A stretch of 64,000 nt of DNA from Myxococcota bacterium (GTDB taxonomy: Bacteria; Myxococcota_A; UBA796; UBA2385), in assembly GCA_044344255.1 (NCBI GenBank), contig JBIJDH010000007.1:64001-128000 (forward strand), given 5' to 3'. Positions 30,168-39,143 of the stretch are shown piece by piece. The notes under the pieces are model-generated. The model made no database searches, was not told where the DNA came from, and was given only the letters and a program-made list of their open reading frames with translations. Position 1 is the stretch's first letter. Each line of letters opens with the position of its first letter. The position numbers were made by a program, and so were the translations under genes.

Positions 30168-31075
30168 GCGGGGGGCGTCGGGCGAAAGGCGGCGAGGGCC
30201 GCGAGCTCCATCCAGCCGTGGAAGAGCACCACGCTGAGGTACCCCGACCGGACGAGCACGGGGTCGCCCAGGCCGGCCAGCGGGAGGGCGAGGGCGCCGA
30301 GCCCGCCGAGCAGGAGGAGGGGCGCGCCGAGGTCCTGCCGCAGCGCGCGGAGGAGGGGCCGGCGAGGGCCGCCCGCGTCCCGCAAGCAGGCGGGCAGGAG
30401 CGCTGTCCAGCAGAGGTAGTGCACGAGCTGCCCGAAGCAGAAGGCGAGGACCAGCCGGTCGGCCCAGGGGTGCGGGAGGCCCGGCGCCAGGGAGGCCACG
30501 AGCGAGGCGGGGTCGAGGCCGGCGAAGGGGCGGAGGGCGGCGTCGGCGACCCCCGCCGCGATCAGCCCGAGGCCGCCGAGCGACAGGAGCGCCATCGTGA
30601 GGCCGAGCCGCCGCGGCCCCCAGAGGAGCAGGAGGCCGACCGCCACGGCGTTGTGGAGGTGGCCGAGCAGGAGCGTCGCCGCCGCAGGCGCTGCCCAGAC
30701 CGGCAGGCAGAGCAGCGCCGCCGCCCCGATCCGCCTCGGGGAGCGCGTGGAGGCGGCGCCGAGCAGCACCGCCGCCGTGCCGACCAGGGGCTCGAGGGCG
30801 CTCGGGTAGTCCAGGCCGAGCGCCATCCCGGCGCGGAGGGCGATCAGCGCGAGCAGCGGCGGCCCGATCCAGGCCCCGACCCGGTGGATCCCCCCCGGCC
30901 GAAAGAAGAGCACCCAGAGATCGCCGAGCACATGCGGCACGCCGAGCAGCAGCGGCGCCAGCAGCATCGCGGCGGTGGGCGCCCGCACCGTGAGCCCGAG
31001 GCAGACCAGGACGAGCGCGACGACCACCCCCAGGGGCGGCGCCGCCGACGCCGCCGCGCGCTCAGCCCCGAACAC
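30164..31075 (-). CDS. Polytopic membrane protein with several intramembrane His motifs
   Basis: GVPHVLGD, GHLHN, QLVHY and FHGWME within hydrophobic helices. Confidence 0.75.
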   Translation of the reverse strand: MFGAERAAASAAPPLGVVVALVLVCLGLTVRAPTAAMLLAPLLLGVPHVLGDLWVLFFRPGGIHRVGAWIGPPLLALIALRAGMALGLDYPSALEPLVGTAAVLLGAASTRSPRRIGAAALLCLPVWAAPAAATLLLGHLHNAVAVGLLLLWGPRRLGLTMALLSLGGLGLIAAGVADAALRPFAGLDPASLVASLAPGLPHPWADRLVLAFCFGQLVHYLCWTALLPACLRDAGGPRRPLLRALRQDLGAPLLLLGGLGALALPLAGLGDPVLVRSGYLSVVLFHGWMELAALAAFRPTPPA

Positions 31076-31244
31076 GCCGCGCCAGCAGCACCGCGGCCGC
31101 GACGGCCGGGAGCGCCAGGGCGAGGCTGGGCAGGCCCGCGTTGGAGCAGCGGCAGCCCTGCTTGACGTCCGCCCAGGCCGGCGCGCTGCCGATCAGGAGG
31201 GCGAAGGCCAGGACCAGGCGGAGGGCGGAGTTCGGTCGGTTCAT
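31062..31244 (-). CDS. 60-aa microprotein consisting of a signal peptide and a MYXO-CTERM-like tail
   Basis: MNRPNSALRLVLAFALLIGSAPAWA|DVKQGCRCSNAGLPSLALALPAVAAAVLLARRVRG; GGAG RBS 6 nt upstream of the ATG. Confidence 0.75.
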   Translation of the reverse strand: MNRPNSALRLVLAFALLIGSAPAWADVKQGCRCSNAGLPSLALALPAVAAAVLLARRVRG

Positions 31245-31289
31245 GGCGGGCTCCAAGGGGGCGCAGCGCCCGAGACGGTGGGCGACGTG

Positions 31290-31319
31290 ATGATGAGCCC
31301 GCTCCACCCGAAGAGTCAA
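31290..31319 (-). promoter_or_regulatory. Putative sigma-70-type promoter of the microprotein operon
   Basis: TTGACT-N18-CATCAT on the minus strand, about 45 nt upstream of ATG 31244. Confidence 0.35.
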
Positions 31320-31489
31320 GGCGAGGGGCAGGATCCACAGGCGGCTGGGGGTGGTGCGCGGACTCGACGGCGCCTTCGGCCCGCACCGGGCCCCGAAACG
31401 CCTGAACCGGGCACCGCTCGGGTTCGCGATCGGCGTGAGGAGTGCGCTCCGGCTGGTGCAGAACACGAGCCCTCGCTTCGGCGCGCCGC

Positions 31490-33688
31490 TCACCCGCCGA
31501 TCCCCGGGATGATGTAGAGGGCGCCGCTGTAGTCGTCGTGAGCGTCGCAGCCGATGACGAGGTCGTCGGTGGCGTCGCCGGTGATGTCACCGGCGTTGAA
31601 GGCGGCGTTGTAGCCCCAGTCGGTGGTGCCGTCGCCAGAGAAGAGGATGTCGGTGTCGGCCCCGGCGGTGAGGGTCTGGTCTACGTTGAAGGGCCCATAG
31701 AAGACGTGCACATAGTCGGGCACGCTGCCCTGCTCACCGACGAGGACGTCGATCTCACCGTCCTGGTTGAGGTCCCCCACGGTGTTGACGAGCCCGCCGA
31801 GGTTGGCGTAGGTGTGGGTCGAGCGGATCTTGATGTTGGCGTCGGACAGGTTGTTGGAGCTCAGCGTGGTGCCGCCGAAGAGGATGTAGGCCGAGCCGTA
31901 GGAGCCGCCGTTCATCGCGCCGAAGATCATGTCGTCGAGGCCATCGCCGTTCAGGTCAGCGGGCTCCCCGAGGGCGTTTCCGTCTCCATTCGTGTCCGCA
32001 TTCAGGCTGACATCGGCGTCGAGAGAGGAGAGGCTGCCGCTCACGGGGGCGTCGAAGATCATAAACGCGGGGCCATCGGAGGTGTCGCCGCCGAGCACGA
32101 GATCGGCGTCTCCGTCGCCGTCGTGGTCCCAGGAGGCGATAGTCATGCCGACATTCTGGTCTCCCTTTGCTCCGTTCACCCTTGCGATATGCTCGTTCTC
32201 TGCCGTATCGACGCCGAGGCCAAGTCCCGAGAAAATGTAGACCACTCCTGCATCGATGGCGGACAGGTCGTCCCGGATGGAACCGCTGGCAAAATCGGCC
32301 AAGCCGTCCCCCGTTACGTCCTCGAGCATTGAGAGCTCTCTCCCGAATGTGCTCCCTACGTCGCGGCCTGATAACGTCCAATCCGCGAGCGATGCGATTA
32401 GTCCGCCTTCGTACATAGGGCCGTAGAGAACGTACGTTCGCCCGACACCGATAAGTCCATCCACACTCTCGTAGTAGCCCGCGGTCAGAAGGTCATCGTG
32501 ACCGTCGTTGTTTAAGTCACCAATGTCGAGCTCGTATCCGAGTCCACTGTCTTCTGGTCCCTCAAACGTGAGCGCCGCCGCCGTAATTGAGGTGTCTGAA
32601 TTCAGATCTGCCTCAAAGGCGTACACAAAACCAGGTCTTTCCAGGGTGTCCTCTCTGTAACCGTAATACGCCGAAGCGACTACTTCAGGGCGACCGTCGC
32701 TGTCCAGATCACCCACAGTTGCCGCCCATCCGAAGGCATCGTCTTCGAAGGGAGAGGTGATGGTGACGCCATCGGTCATGTCTACGGTGGCGCCCCAGTC
32801 GCAAGGGTCGTTCCCACCATCGCAGTTGTTGTCTGCGCCGTCGTCGCAGACCTCGGGCTGACCGGGGTTGCTGTGCTCGTCGGTGTCGTCGCAGTCGCCG
32901 GTGGTGGTGGTGAAGCCGGCGGTCTCGGCGCAGCGGGCGTCGGAGGAGGCTCCGTCGCCGTAGCCGTCCCCATCGAGATCGGGGAACCAGGCTCCGGCGC
33001 CCGTGAGGGGCGGGTCGTCTTCGACCCCGTCGCAGTCGTTGTCGAGGCCGTCACATTGCTCGTCGGCGCCGGGGAAGATCTCGGGGGCGTCATCGTCGCA
33101 GTCGCCGCCCTGGGCGACGTGGCCGGCGGGCGCCGCGCAGGTGGAGGTCGCGCCAGAAGAGTCCCCGAAGCCGTCGCCGTCGAGGTCGGGGTACCAGGTC
33201 GGTGTGTTGATGGTGGGCGCCTCATCGACGGCGCCGTCACAGTCGTTGTCCACGTCGTCGCAGCGCTCAGCCGCGTCGGGGCTGTTGGTGATGTCGGCGT
33301 CGTCGCAGTCCCCGACCCGGGTGACATAGCCCTCGGCCGGGCGCCCACAGGCGCGCACGGGCTCGCCCTCGACGCCCCAGGCGTCGCCGTCGGTGTCCCG
33401 GTACCACTCGGTGTTGTCACCGGTGGGGTCCTCGTCGATGCTGTCGTCGCAGTCGTTGTCACGACCGTCACAGACCTCGACTCGTCCGGGGGCCATGTCC
33501 GGGTCCCGGTCGTTGCAGTCGCCGTCGAGCTCGCTCTGGCCGTCGCCGTCGTCGTCGGTGAGGACCTCGCTTCGGGCCTGGTAGGTGTCCCAGTCGGGGA
33601 GGCAGGCGGGCAAAGAGAGGAGGGCGCCGATCGTCAGGCCGAGCGAGCCCCACGGCGATGCGCTGCGTCGAAGCCTATGGCAGAGCAT
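31490..33688 (-). CDS. Lipoprotein with four MopE-like repeats and an FG-GAP beta-propeller
   Basis: Lipobox LPAC; repeated DC.D...PG..E.CDG.DNDCDG..D with WY.D.DGDG.G spacers; FG-GAP motifs; ATG 33688 overlaps the end of the upstream gene. Confidence 0.88.
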   Translation of the reverse strand: MLCHRLRRSASPWGSLGLTIGALLSLPACLPDWDTYQARSEVLTDDDGDGQSELDGDCNDRDPDMAPGRVEVCDGRDNDCDDSIDEDPTGDNTEWYRDTDGDAWGVEGEPVRACGRPAEGYVTRVGDCDDADITNSPDAAERCDDVDNDCDGAVDEAPTINTPTWYPDLDGDGFGDSSGATSTCAAPAGHVAQGGDCDDDAPEIFPGADEQCDGLDNDCDGVEDDPPLTGAGAWFPDLDGDGYGDGASSDARCAETAGFTTTTGDCDDTDEHSNPGQPEVCDDGADNNCDGGNDPCDWGATVDMTDGVTITSPFEDDAFGWAATVGDLDSDGRPEVVASAYYGYREDTLERPGFVYAFEADLNSDTSITAAALTFEGPEDSGLGYELDIGDLNNDGHDDLLTAGYYESVDGLIGVGRTYVLYGPMYEGGLIASLADWTLSGRDVGSTFGRELSMLEDVTGDGLADFASGSIRDDLSAIDAGVVYIFSGLGLGVDTAENEHIARVNGAKGDQNVGMTIASWDHDGDGDADLVLGGDTSDGPAFMIFDAPVSGSLSSLDADVSLNADTNGDGNALGEPADLNGDGLDDMIFGAMNGGSYGSAYILFGGTTLSSNNLSDANIKIRSTHTYANLGGLVNTVGDLNQDGEIDVLVGEQGSVPDYVHVFYGPFNVDQTLTAGADTDILFSGDGTTDWGYNAAFNAGDITGDATDDLVIGCDAHDDYSGALYIIPGIGG

Positions 33689-35417
33689 GGCGGACCTGCA
33701 GACGGAGCGTGGAGGGGCGGAGGTCCAGAGCGCCAGACGCGGTGTCGATGCGCCCAGCCTCTGTGCGGAGCTCCGCGCTCTCTCTGGTGACCCGCAGCTC
33801 GGCGGAGAGCAGGCCGAGGTCGCCGGCCTGGCGGAGTCGATAGACCTCGCCCGTGCGGTGGAGCGCGAAGGTGTGGACCAGACCCACACCATCGACCTCC
33901 ACCTTCAGGAAGGAGGTCTGTCCCTCGGGCCTTCCTTCGAGGTGGAGCGCAAACACCGGCCAGCCCCTGGCGGCGGCTTGGAGGCCGAGCTGCTCCGGGC
34001 GGAGGCCCCCGGTCGCGACGGCGAGCCAGTCGCTCACGTCTCCCCAGCTCAGGGCCCAACGCAGGTCCTGCGCGCCAGCCCCGTTGTTCGGCTGGGTGGG
34101 GGTGGGGGTGGGGGTCGGTATGGGAGCCCCGTCGCTCCCGGGGATACAGATGTGCTCGAGTCGGAGGCGTGGCGGGGAGAAGGCCCCTTCCCTGTCCCGC
34201 TTTGCCCGCCAGGTGGTCGTGTCGAGGACGAGGGGAGCGGCGGTGAGGTCCAAGCTCGGCTGGCCCGGGTTCAGCTCGATGAGCCGGCCATCCCCGCTCC
34301 GGAGCTGTAGGCGCTCTGCCCCTCGCCAGTCGGTGACGGTGACTCGGCGGACTGCGGCGCCGAGGATGCGTGCGTCGCCGCCGGTGGCCACCGGCAGGGA
34401 GACGCCGTTGTCTGTGGGGATCAGCCAGACCTCCGTGGAGGCGACGGCCCCCGTCGTGCAGGTGAGGGGGCTCGCGGGCGTGATGGGGAACCGAACCGGG
34501 GCCGGCGCGGCGGCGCCCCCGCCGGCCGCGATGTCGATCCGAAAGTGGAGCGCCCGATCCGGATCGCCCGGCGAGCCCGCCGAGTCGGCCTCTTCATTCC
34601 CGGAGAACGCGGCGCAGCTCGAGAGCGCCTCGCCCGTCGTCGCGCTGTTCACCATCGAGAGGTGGACCTCGTAGGTGCCGTCGATGGTGACGTCTCCGAC
34701 AGGGTCGATGTAATAGGCCGCCGTGTCGTCGTCGTCCGGGTCGACGTGGAAGCCGAACCACGTCAAGGGCTCCGTGGCCGAGTTGACGCTGGTGCCGGTC
34801 GCCTCGGTGCCCCAGTCGATCGAGGGCGCGCCGACCCCGATCCAGGGGACGGGAGCGTCTGCGCCGGAGAGCAGGGCAACCGCCCTCGGCCTGTCGTCTT
34901 CGAATGGCAGCTCGTCCTTCGGGGCCCAGTTGGTCTTCGCGAAGCCCTCCATCGGCATCCAGACGGTTACCCCGGTCGCCGCTGCTTTCCCCAGCCCAGA
35001 AACCCGGAAAGTGCAGATGCACTCCTTTCCGCCTTCATGTGAATCGTACGGCGCGGGATAGTATTCCTTTGCACCAAAACTGTTTGCGGTTGCGAGGCTC
35101 ACATCGGCTACCGTCGAATCGGCGCAGGTGAAGACCAATCCCTCCGGAGTCTCCTCGCCTCCTCCACCCGTCTCGCCGCCTCCGCCGGTCTCTGTACCGC
35201 CGCCGGAGTCGAGCCCGGAGTCTGAAGGAGTGGATCCCGAGTCGGTGTCACCCGGGGAGGAGGTGTCCGTCGGATCCGGGCTCGACGCGGTGTCGCGGGC
35301 GGGGTCGACGCTGTGATCGACGCTGCTGCCCTTGCCGCCCTCTTGGGATGTGCACGACGCCAGCATGAGAGAGGGGAGCAGGAGGGCGCAGAGGGTGACT
35401 GTTCGGTGAGACGTCAT
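33675..35417 (-). CDS. Hypothetical multidomain lipoprotein
   Basis: Lipobox LASC; S/G/T/D-rich linker; PTPTPT linker; GAGG upstream of the start. Confidence 0.75.
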   Translation of the reverse strand: MTSHRTVTLCALLLPSLMLASCTSQEGGKGSSVDHSVDPARDTASSPDPTDTSSPGDTDSGSTPSDSGLDSGGGTETGGGGETGGGGEETPEGLVFTCADSTVADVSLATANSFGAKEYYPAPYDSHEGGKECICTFRVSGLGKAAATGVTVWMPMEGFAKTNWAPKDELPFEDDRPRAVALLSGADAPVPWIGVGAPSIDWGTEATGTSVNSATEPLTWFGFHVDPDDDDTAAYYIDPVGDVTIDGTYEVHLSMVNSATTGEALSSCAAFSGNEEADSAGSPGDPDRALHFRIDIAAGGGAAAPAPVRFPITPASPLTCTTGAVASTEVWLIPTDNGVSLPVATGGDARILGAAVRRVTVTDWRGAERLQLRSGDGRLIELNPGQPSLDLTAAPLVLDTTTWRAKRDREGAFSPPRLRLEHICIPGSDGAPIPTPTPTPTQPNNGAGAQDLRWALSWGDVSDWLAVATGGLRPEQLGLQAAARGWPVFALHLEGRPEGQTSFLKVEVDGVGLVHTFALHRTGEVYRLRQAGDLGLLSAELRVTRESAELRTEAGRIDTASGALDLRPSTLRLQVRHALP

Positions 35418-35515
35418 AGGGGGACCTCGTCGTCAGAGAGTATCAGAGCGTGCGTCCCCTGCACGGTGCCGCCGCCGGGCGGGCGAGCCTCGGGCCTTGG
35501 GGAGGCGAGGGTCTA

Positions 35516-35531
35516 TGCAATCCGCGTGCCA
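35516..35531 (-). promoter_or_regulatory. Sigma-54 (-24/-12) promoter
   Basis: TGGCACG-CGGA-TTGCA is an exact match to TGGCACG-N4-TTGCW, about 100 nt upstream of ATG 35417. Confidence 0.8.
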
Positions 35532-35537
35532 CTGTAA

Positions 35538-35582
35538 TTTCAGAGGTTTAGCTCGGCGGGGGTGTCAGGTTTTCGGACACCC
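35538..35582. promoter_or_regulatory. IHF-like site and inverted repeat (possible activator-binding site) upstream of the sigma-54 promoter
   Basis: TTTCAGAGGTTTA (one mismatch to WATCARNNNNTTR) at 35538-35550; GGGTGTC-N9-GACACCC at 35560-35582. Confidence 0.45.
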
Positions 35583-35740
35583 ACCTTTGGGAAAGTCTCG
35601 GAAAATGGGCGCCAATAGCTGGTATTGCCTGATTGGTCAGGGTGACGGATGTCGTAAATGTCCGGGTTGAACCGTTCCGTACCTCCTTCAGCTCCCAGCG
35701 AACGCTGTCGGGACGACCGTGCAGCGTCCCCGCCCCTCGG

Positions 35741-38167
35741 TCAAGGATCGACGTAGCCGAGCGCCTGCAGCGCCGCGGCGCCCTCGTCGGAGACGGTGCG
35801 GAGCGCGGGGGGTTCCGACGGGAAGCGGACGAGGTCGAGCCGCGCCTCGTGGCCCCGGGGCCCGAAGACCTGCGTGCCGCCGGTGCTCTCGGCGGTATAG
35901 ACGGTGGGGCCGACCGTCATCTGCACGGTGATCTTTCCGGGGCCGGCCTGGACGAAGAGCTCGTGGGGGATGTGCTCCCCGGGCCCGCGCTCGAGGCGGA
36001 CCTGCTGCGCGGTGACGAGGGGGGCGGCGGCGCGGCCGAGCCAGTCGGCGCGGGGCCAGGCGGCGCGGACGCCGCCCTCGGCCTCGAGGGTGAAGGTGGC
36101 CTCGGGGAGGCTGCCGCTGTCGAGGGTGCCGGGGGCGGCGAGGCGCCAGACGGGGCCCACCGGCCGCCCGAGGGCGGTGGCGAGGAGGTCGGCCTCGTCG
36201 CCGCGCTCGGGGAGGGCGTCACGCTCGTGGGGATCGGCGGCGAGGTCGAAGCGGCGGGGGCCGCTGCCGCGGAGCTCCCACTTGTCGTCTCCGCGGAGGA
36301 GGCCGAAGCGCTCCTCGCCGTAGAGGGTCCAGCCGAAGACCGGCGGCGCCGCGCTCCCGCCCTGGAGGAGGGAGCGCCCGCCGAGGGGGCCCGCGGGGAG
36401 GCCGGCGAGGTCGGTGACGGTGGCGGCGAGGTCGAGCAGCGAGACCGGCGCGGCCTCCTCTCCCTGGGGCACGCCCGGGCCGCGGAGCACAAGGGGGATG
36501 TGGAGGAGCTCCTCGTGGACGCTGTGGCCGTGCTCGACGCCGCCGTGATCCCAGAGCTCCTCGCCGTGGTCGGCGAAGAGGAGCACGGTGTCGTCGGGGC
36601 CGAGGGCGTCGAGGACGCGGCCCACGGCGTCATCGACGGCGCGGATGTTCTGGTCATAACGGGCGCTCACGTAGTCGTGGAGCACCGCCGCGCGCTCGGG
36701 CGTCGGGTGGAGGTTCCGCAGGGTGGCGCCGTTCCAGGGGCGCCGCAGCTCCTCGGGGGTGTCGCCTGCGAAGAGGGTGTCGTAGGGCGCGCCCTCCTTG
36801 TAGGGGAGGTGGGTGTCCATGAAGTGGAGGAGCAGCAGGGTGTCCTGATCGGCGGCGGAGAGGGCCTGGAGGGCCTCATCGGCGAGGGGGGCGGCGCGGG
36901 CGCCGGCGCGGAGGCTGTGGCTCGACCAGCCCTCGGCCCAGCCCGACTCGCGGCCGAGCCAGGGGTTGGAGACGAGGGCCACGGTGCGCCAGCCGGCGGC
37001 GCCGAAGGTGGCGGGGAGGGCGGCCGCGGGGTCCCAGGCGTCGGGGAGGCGGCCGGTGAGGAGGGTGCGGGCCGCGGGGAGGGTCCAGGGGGCGACGCTG
37101 TGCGCTTGCAAGAAGACACGGCCCTCGGCGCCGAGCCGGTCGATGCGGGGGCTGGTGGGTCGGCTGTAGCCGTAGAGGCCGAGATGATCGGCGCGCAGCG
37201 TGTCGACGAAGAGCATCACGATTCGGCGCGGAGCGGGGGAGGGCACGAGGACGGTGGGCGCGGCGACGAAGAGGGCGTCGCCTTCGTTGTCGCCAGCGGG
37301 GCCAGGGTCGGCCTCCAGGCGGAGGCTGCGGCCGGGGCCCGCCCAGGCGCCGAGGTCAATGTCGAGCGGGAGCGAGGTACCCTCGGCGAGCGGGGCCTCG
37401 AAGACCGTCTGTTCATCGACCTTCAGGCGGAGGACGGCGCCGTCGGAGGCGGGCCCGACGTGGACCTGGGCGGGCAGGAGCTGGGCGCGGGCGCGCAGGC
37501 GGGCGGCGGGCGGCAGGTCGAGCGTCCAGGTGACGGCGGCGGGGGCGGGGAGCAAGGTGCCGTGCGCGCTCTCGTCGCCCACCCCGGCGCTGCGCTGGAC
37601 GAAGGCGACCCGGGCGGCGAGGTCGGCCAAGGGCTGGCCGGCGGGGTCCCAAGCACGCTCCCGGGCGGCGGCGGGCGGGTAGCGGAGGGAGACCTCCCCC
37701 GCGGCCGGCGGGCGCGCCGCGGGGGGAGCGCCATCCGCGGTGGGCTCCTCGGGGAGGCGCAGCAGGAGCCGATCACCGTCGAGCGCCCAGCTCGGCGCGG
37801 ACTTGGCGGGGGCGCGGAGGTACCGCAGCGCCTCGCCGCGCCAGCGCACCTCCATCCCCGGCGGGGGCAGGCGGGAAGAGGCGCCAAAGACGACGCCCTC
37901 CACGGGCAGGGTGGCCGTCCAGTGGGCGGGGCCCGCGGTGGAGGCCCCCGCGGTGGAGGCCCCCGCGGTCGAGCGCTCCGCCTCCCAGGGGCCGCTCACG
38001 GGGAGGTCGAGCGGCGCGGGCTCGCGGTGGAGCTGCGCGGGGAGGGACACCGCGGTGGGCGGGGTCCAGTCGAGGGGGATCGCCCCGGGCCGCTCGGGCG
38101 CGCCCGCGCAGCCGACCCCGAGGGCGAGCCAACCCCCGGCGACGGCGCCCGGCCCGGCGGCGCTCAG
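35741..38167 (-). CDS. Sulfatase-like/alkaline phosphatase superfamily protein
   Basis: VDTLRADHL, APWTLPA, HFMDTHLPY, ADHGEE and LQALGY; start uncertain (possibly CTG 38167, before the LGVGC lipobox). Confidence 0.8.
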   Translation of the reverse strand: MSAAGPGAVAGGWLALGVGCAGAPERPGAIPLDWTPPTAVSLPAQLHREPAPLDLPVSGPWEAERSTAGASTAGASTAGPAHWTATLPVEGVVFGASSRLPPPGMEVRWRGEALRYLRAPAKSAPSWALDGDRLLLRLPEEPTADGAPPAARPPAAGEVSLRYPPAAARERAWDPAGQPLADLAARVAFVQRSAGVGDESAHGTLLPAPAAVTWTLDLPPAARLRARAQLLPAQVHVGPASDGAVLRLKVDEQTVFEAPLAEGTSLPLDIDLGAWAGPGRSLRLEADPGPAGDNEGDALFVAAPTVLVPSPAPRRIVMLFVDTLRADHLGLYGYSRPTSPRIDRLGAEGRVFLQAHSVAPWTLPAARTLLTGRLPDAWDPAAALPATFGAAGWRTVALVSNPWLGRESGWAEGWSSHSLRAGARAAPLADEALQALSAADQDTLLLLHFMDTHLPYKEGAPYDTLFAGDTPEELRRPWNGATLRNLHPTPERAAVLHDYVSARYDQNIRAVDDAVGRVLDALGPDDTVLLFADHGEELWDHGGVEHGHSVHEELLHIPLVLRGPGVPQGEEAAPVSLLDLAATVTDLAGLPAGPLGGRSLLQGGSAAPPVFGWTLYGEERFGLLRGDDKWELRGSGPRRFDLAADPHERDALPERGDEADLLATALGRPVGPVWRLAAPGTLDSGSLPEATFTLEAEGGVRAAWPRADWLGRAAAPLVTAQQVRLERGPGEHIPHELFVQAGPGKITVQMTVGPTVYTAESTGGTQVFGPRGHEARLDLVRFPSEPPALRTVSDEGAAALQALGYVDP

Positions 38168-39135
38168 TCGGATCCGAGCTCCTGGACGAGGCGGAAGCCC
38201 TCCCAGTCCGAGCGGGTGATCATCAGGTAGGCCTCGGTGGTGCCGACATCGACGATGGCCCGGGCCGGGATGATGCCCACACAGCAGAGCAGGATTCCCG
38301 CCAGGTTGAAGAGGCCGGTGGCGAGGTAGTAGACGAAGAGGTCGCCGCGGTTGCCGTCGGCGAGCTGCCAGGAGCGGCTGAGGGCGTCCGTCGCGGTCAT
38401 CTCCTCGAGCGCCACGGCGTGTTGCCCGAGGGAGAGGCCGAGCTGGACATAGACCATCACGGGGATGGCGAAGATCAACGCCACGCCCGCGCCGGCCGCC
38501 TGGAGGATGTCGGAGCCCGAGCTGAAGCCGGCGGCCACGAGCAACAGGCCCGGCAGCGCGGCCACGGCGAGGGCCCCCGCGATGACGAGGGCGCGGAGCA
38601 GCGTGTAGCCGGCCATCCGCCAGACCCCATCTCCGCCGCCGAACAGGAGGCTGAAGTCGCCCTGCCCCTCGATGACGAGGGACTCGTGGAGGCGGATGTA
38701 GCCGGTCATCAGCCAGGCTCGAAACAGCCAGACCCCGAAGAGCACGATCCCGAGACACAAGAGCCCGATGAGCACGGCGGCCACGACGCCCACCTCGGCC
38801 GAGCCAGGGATCCCCGCGGCGAAGGTGGGCGAGAGGGCGGGGGACGCCGTGGGGTGGGCGAGCCAGGCCTGGAGGTCGCCGACCGCCTGCTCGACCCCGC
38901 CGCGGAGAGACGCCGCGGTCTCCGAGGCGGATGAGGACGAGCTGCCCCCATCCCCGGAGCCGCCGCTGCTGCCGCCGCCACCGCCGCCGCCCCCACCACC
39001 GCCCTCGGTGCACTGTAGCAGGAAGGCCCCAATGAGCAGGGCGGCAGGCTGACGCTTCAGCGCCGCCCAGCCGTGGCGGATGGCGCGGCCGGGGCGAAAG
39101 GCGGCGGAGACCGAGAGCGCGAAGGCTTCTTCCAT
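38164..39135 (-). CDS. Hypothetical membrane protein (DUF975/GDPD membrane domain-like) with a poly-Gly insert
   Basis: Multiple TM helices; DALSRSWQLADGN and GILLCCVGII. Confidence 0.7.
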   Translation of the reverse strand: MEEAFALSVSAAFRPGRAIRHGWAALKRQPAALLIGAFLLQCTEGGGGGGGGGGGSSGGSGDGGSSSSSASETAASLRGGVEQAVGDLQAWLAHPTASPALSPTFAAGIPGSAEVGVVAAVLIGLLCLGIVLFGVWLFRAWLMTGYIRLHESLVIEGQGDFSLLFGGGDGVWRMAGYTLLRALVIAGALAVAALPGLLLVAAGFSSGSDILQAAGAGVALIFAIPVMVYVQLGLSLGQHAVALEEMTATDALSRSWQLADGNRGDLFVYYLATGLFNLAGILLCCVGIIPARAIVDVGTTEAYLMITRSDWEGFRLVQELGSD

Positions 39136-39143
39136 CGAGGCAC

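Noticed and set aside
31245..31493. N-terminal 83 aa of ORF 31062-31493
   Set aside because: Not protein-like; the RBS, signal peptide and putative promoter all point to ATG 31244.
38168..39013. N-terminal extension of the 1090-aa ORF 35741-39013
   Set aside because: Arg/Pro-rich off-frame read-through of the membrane protein gene 38164-39135.
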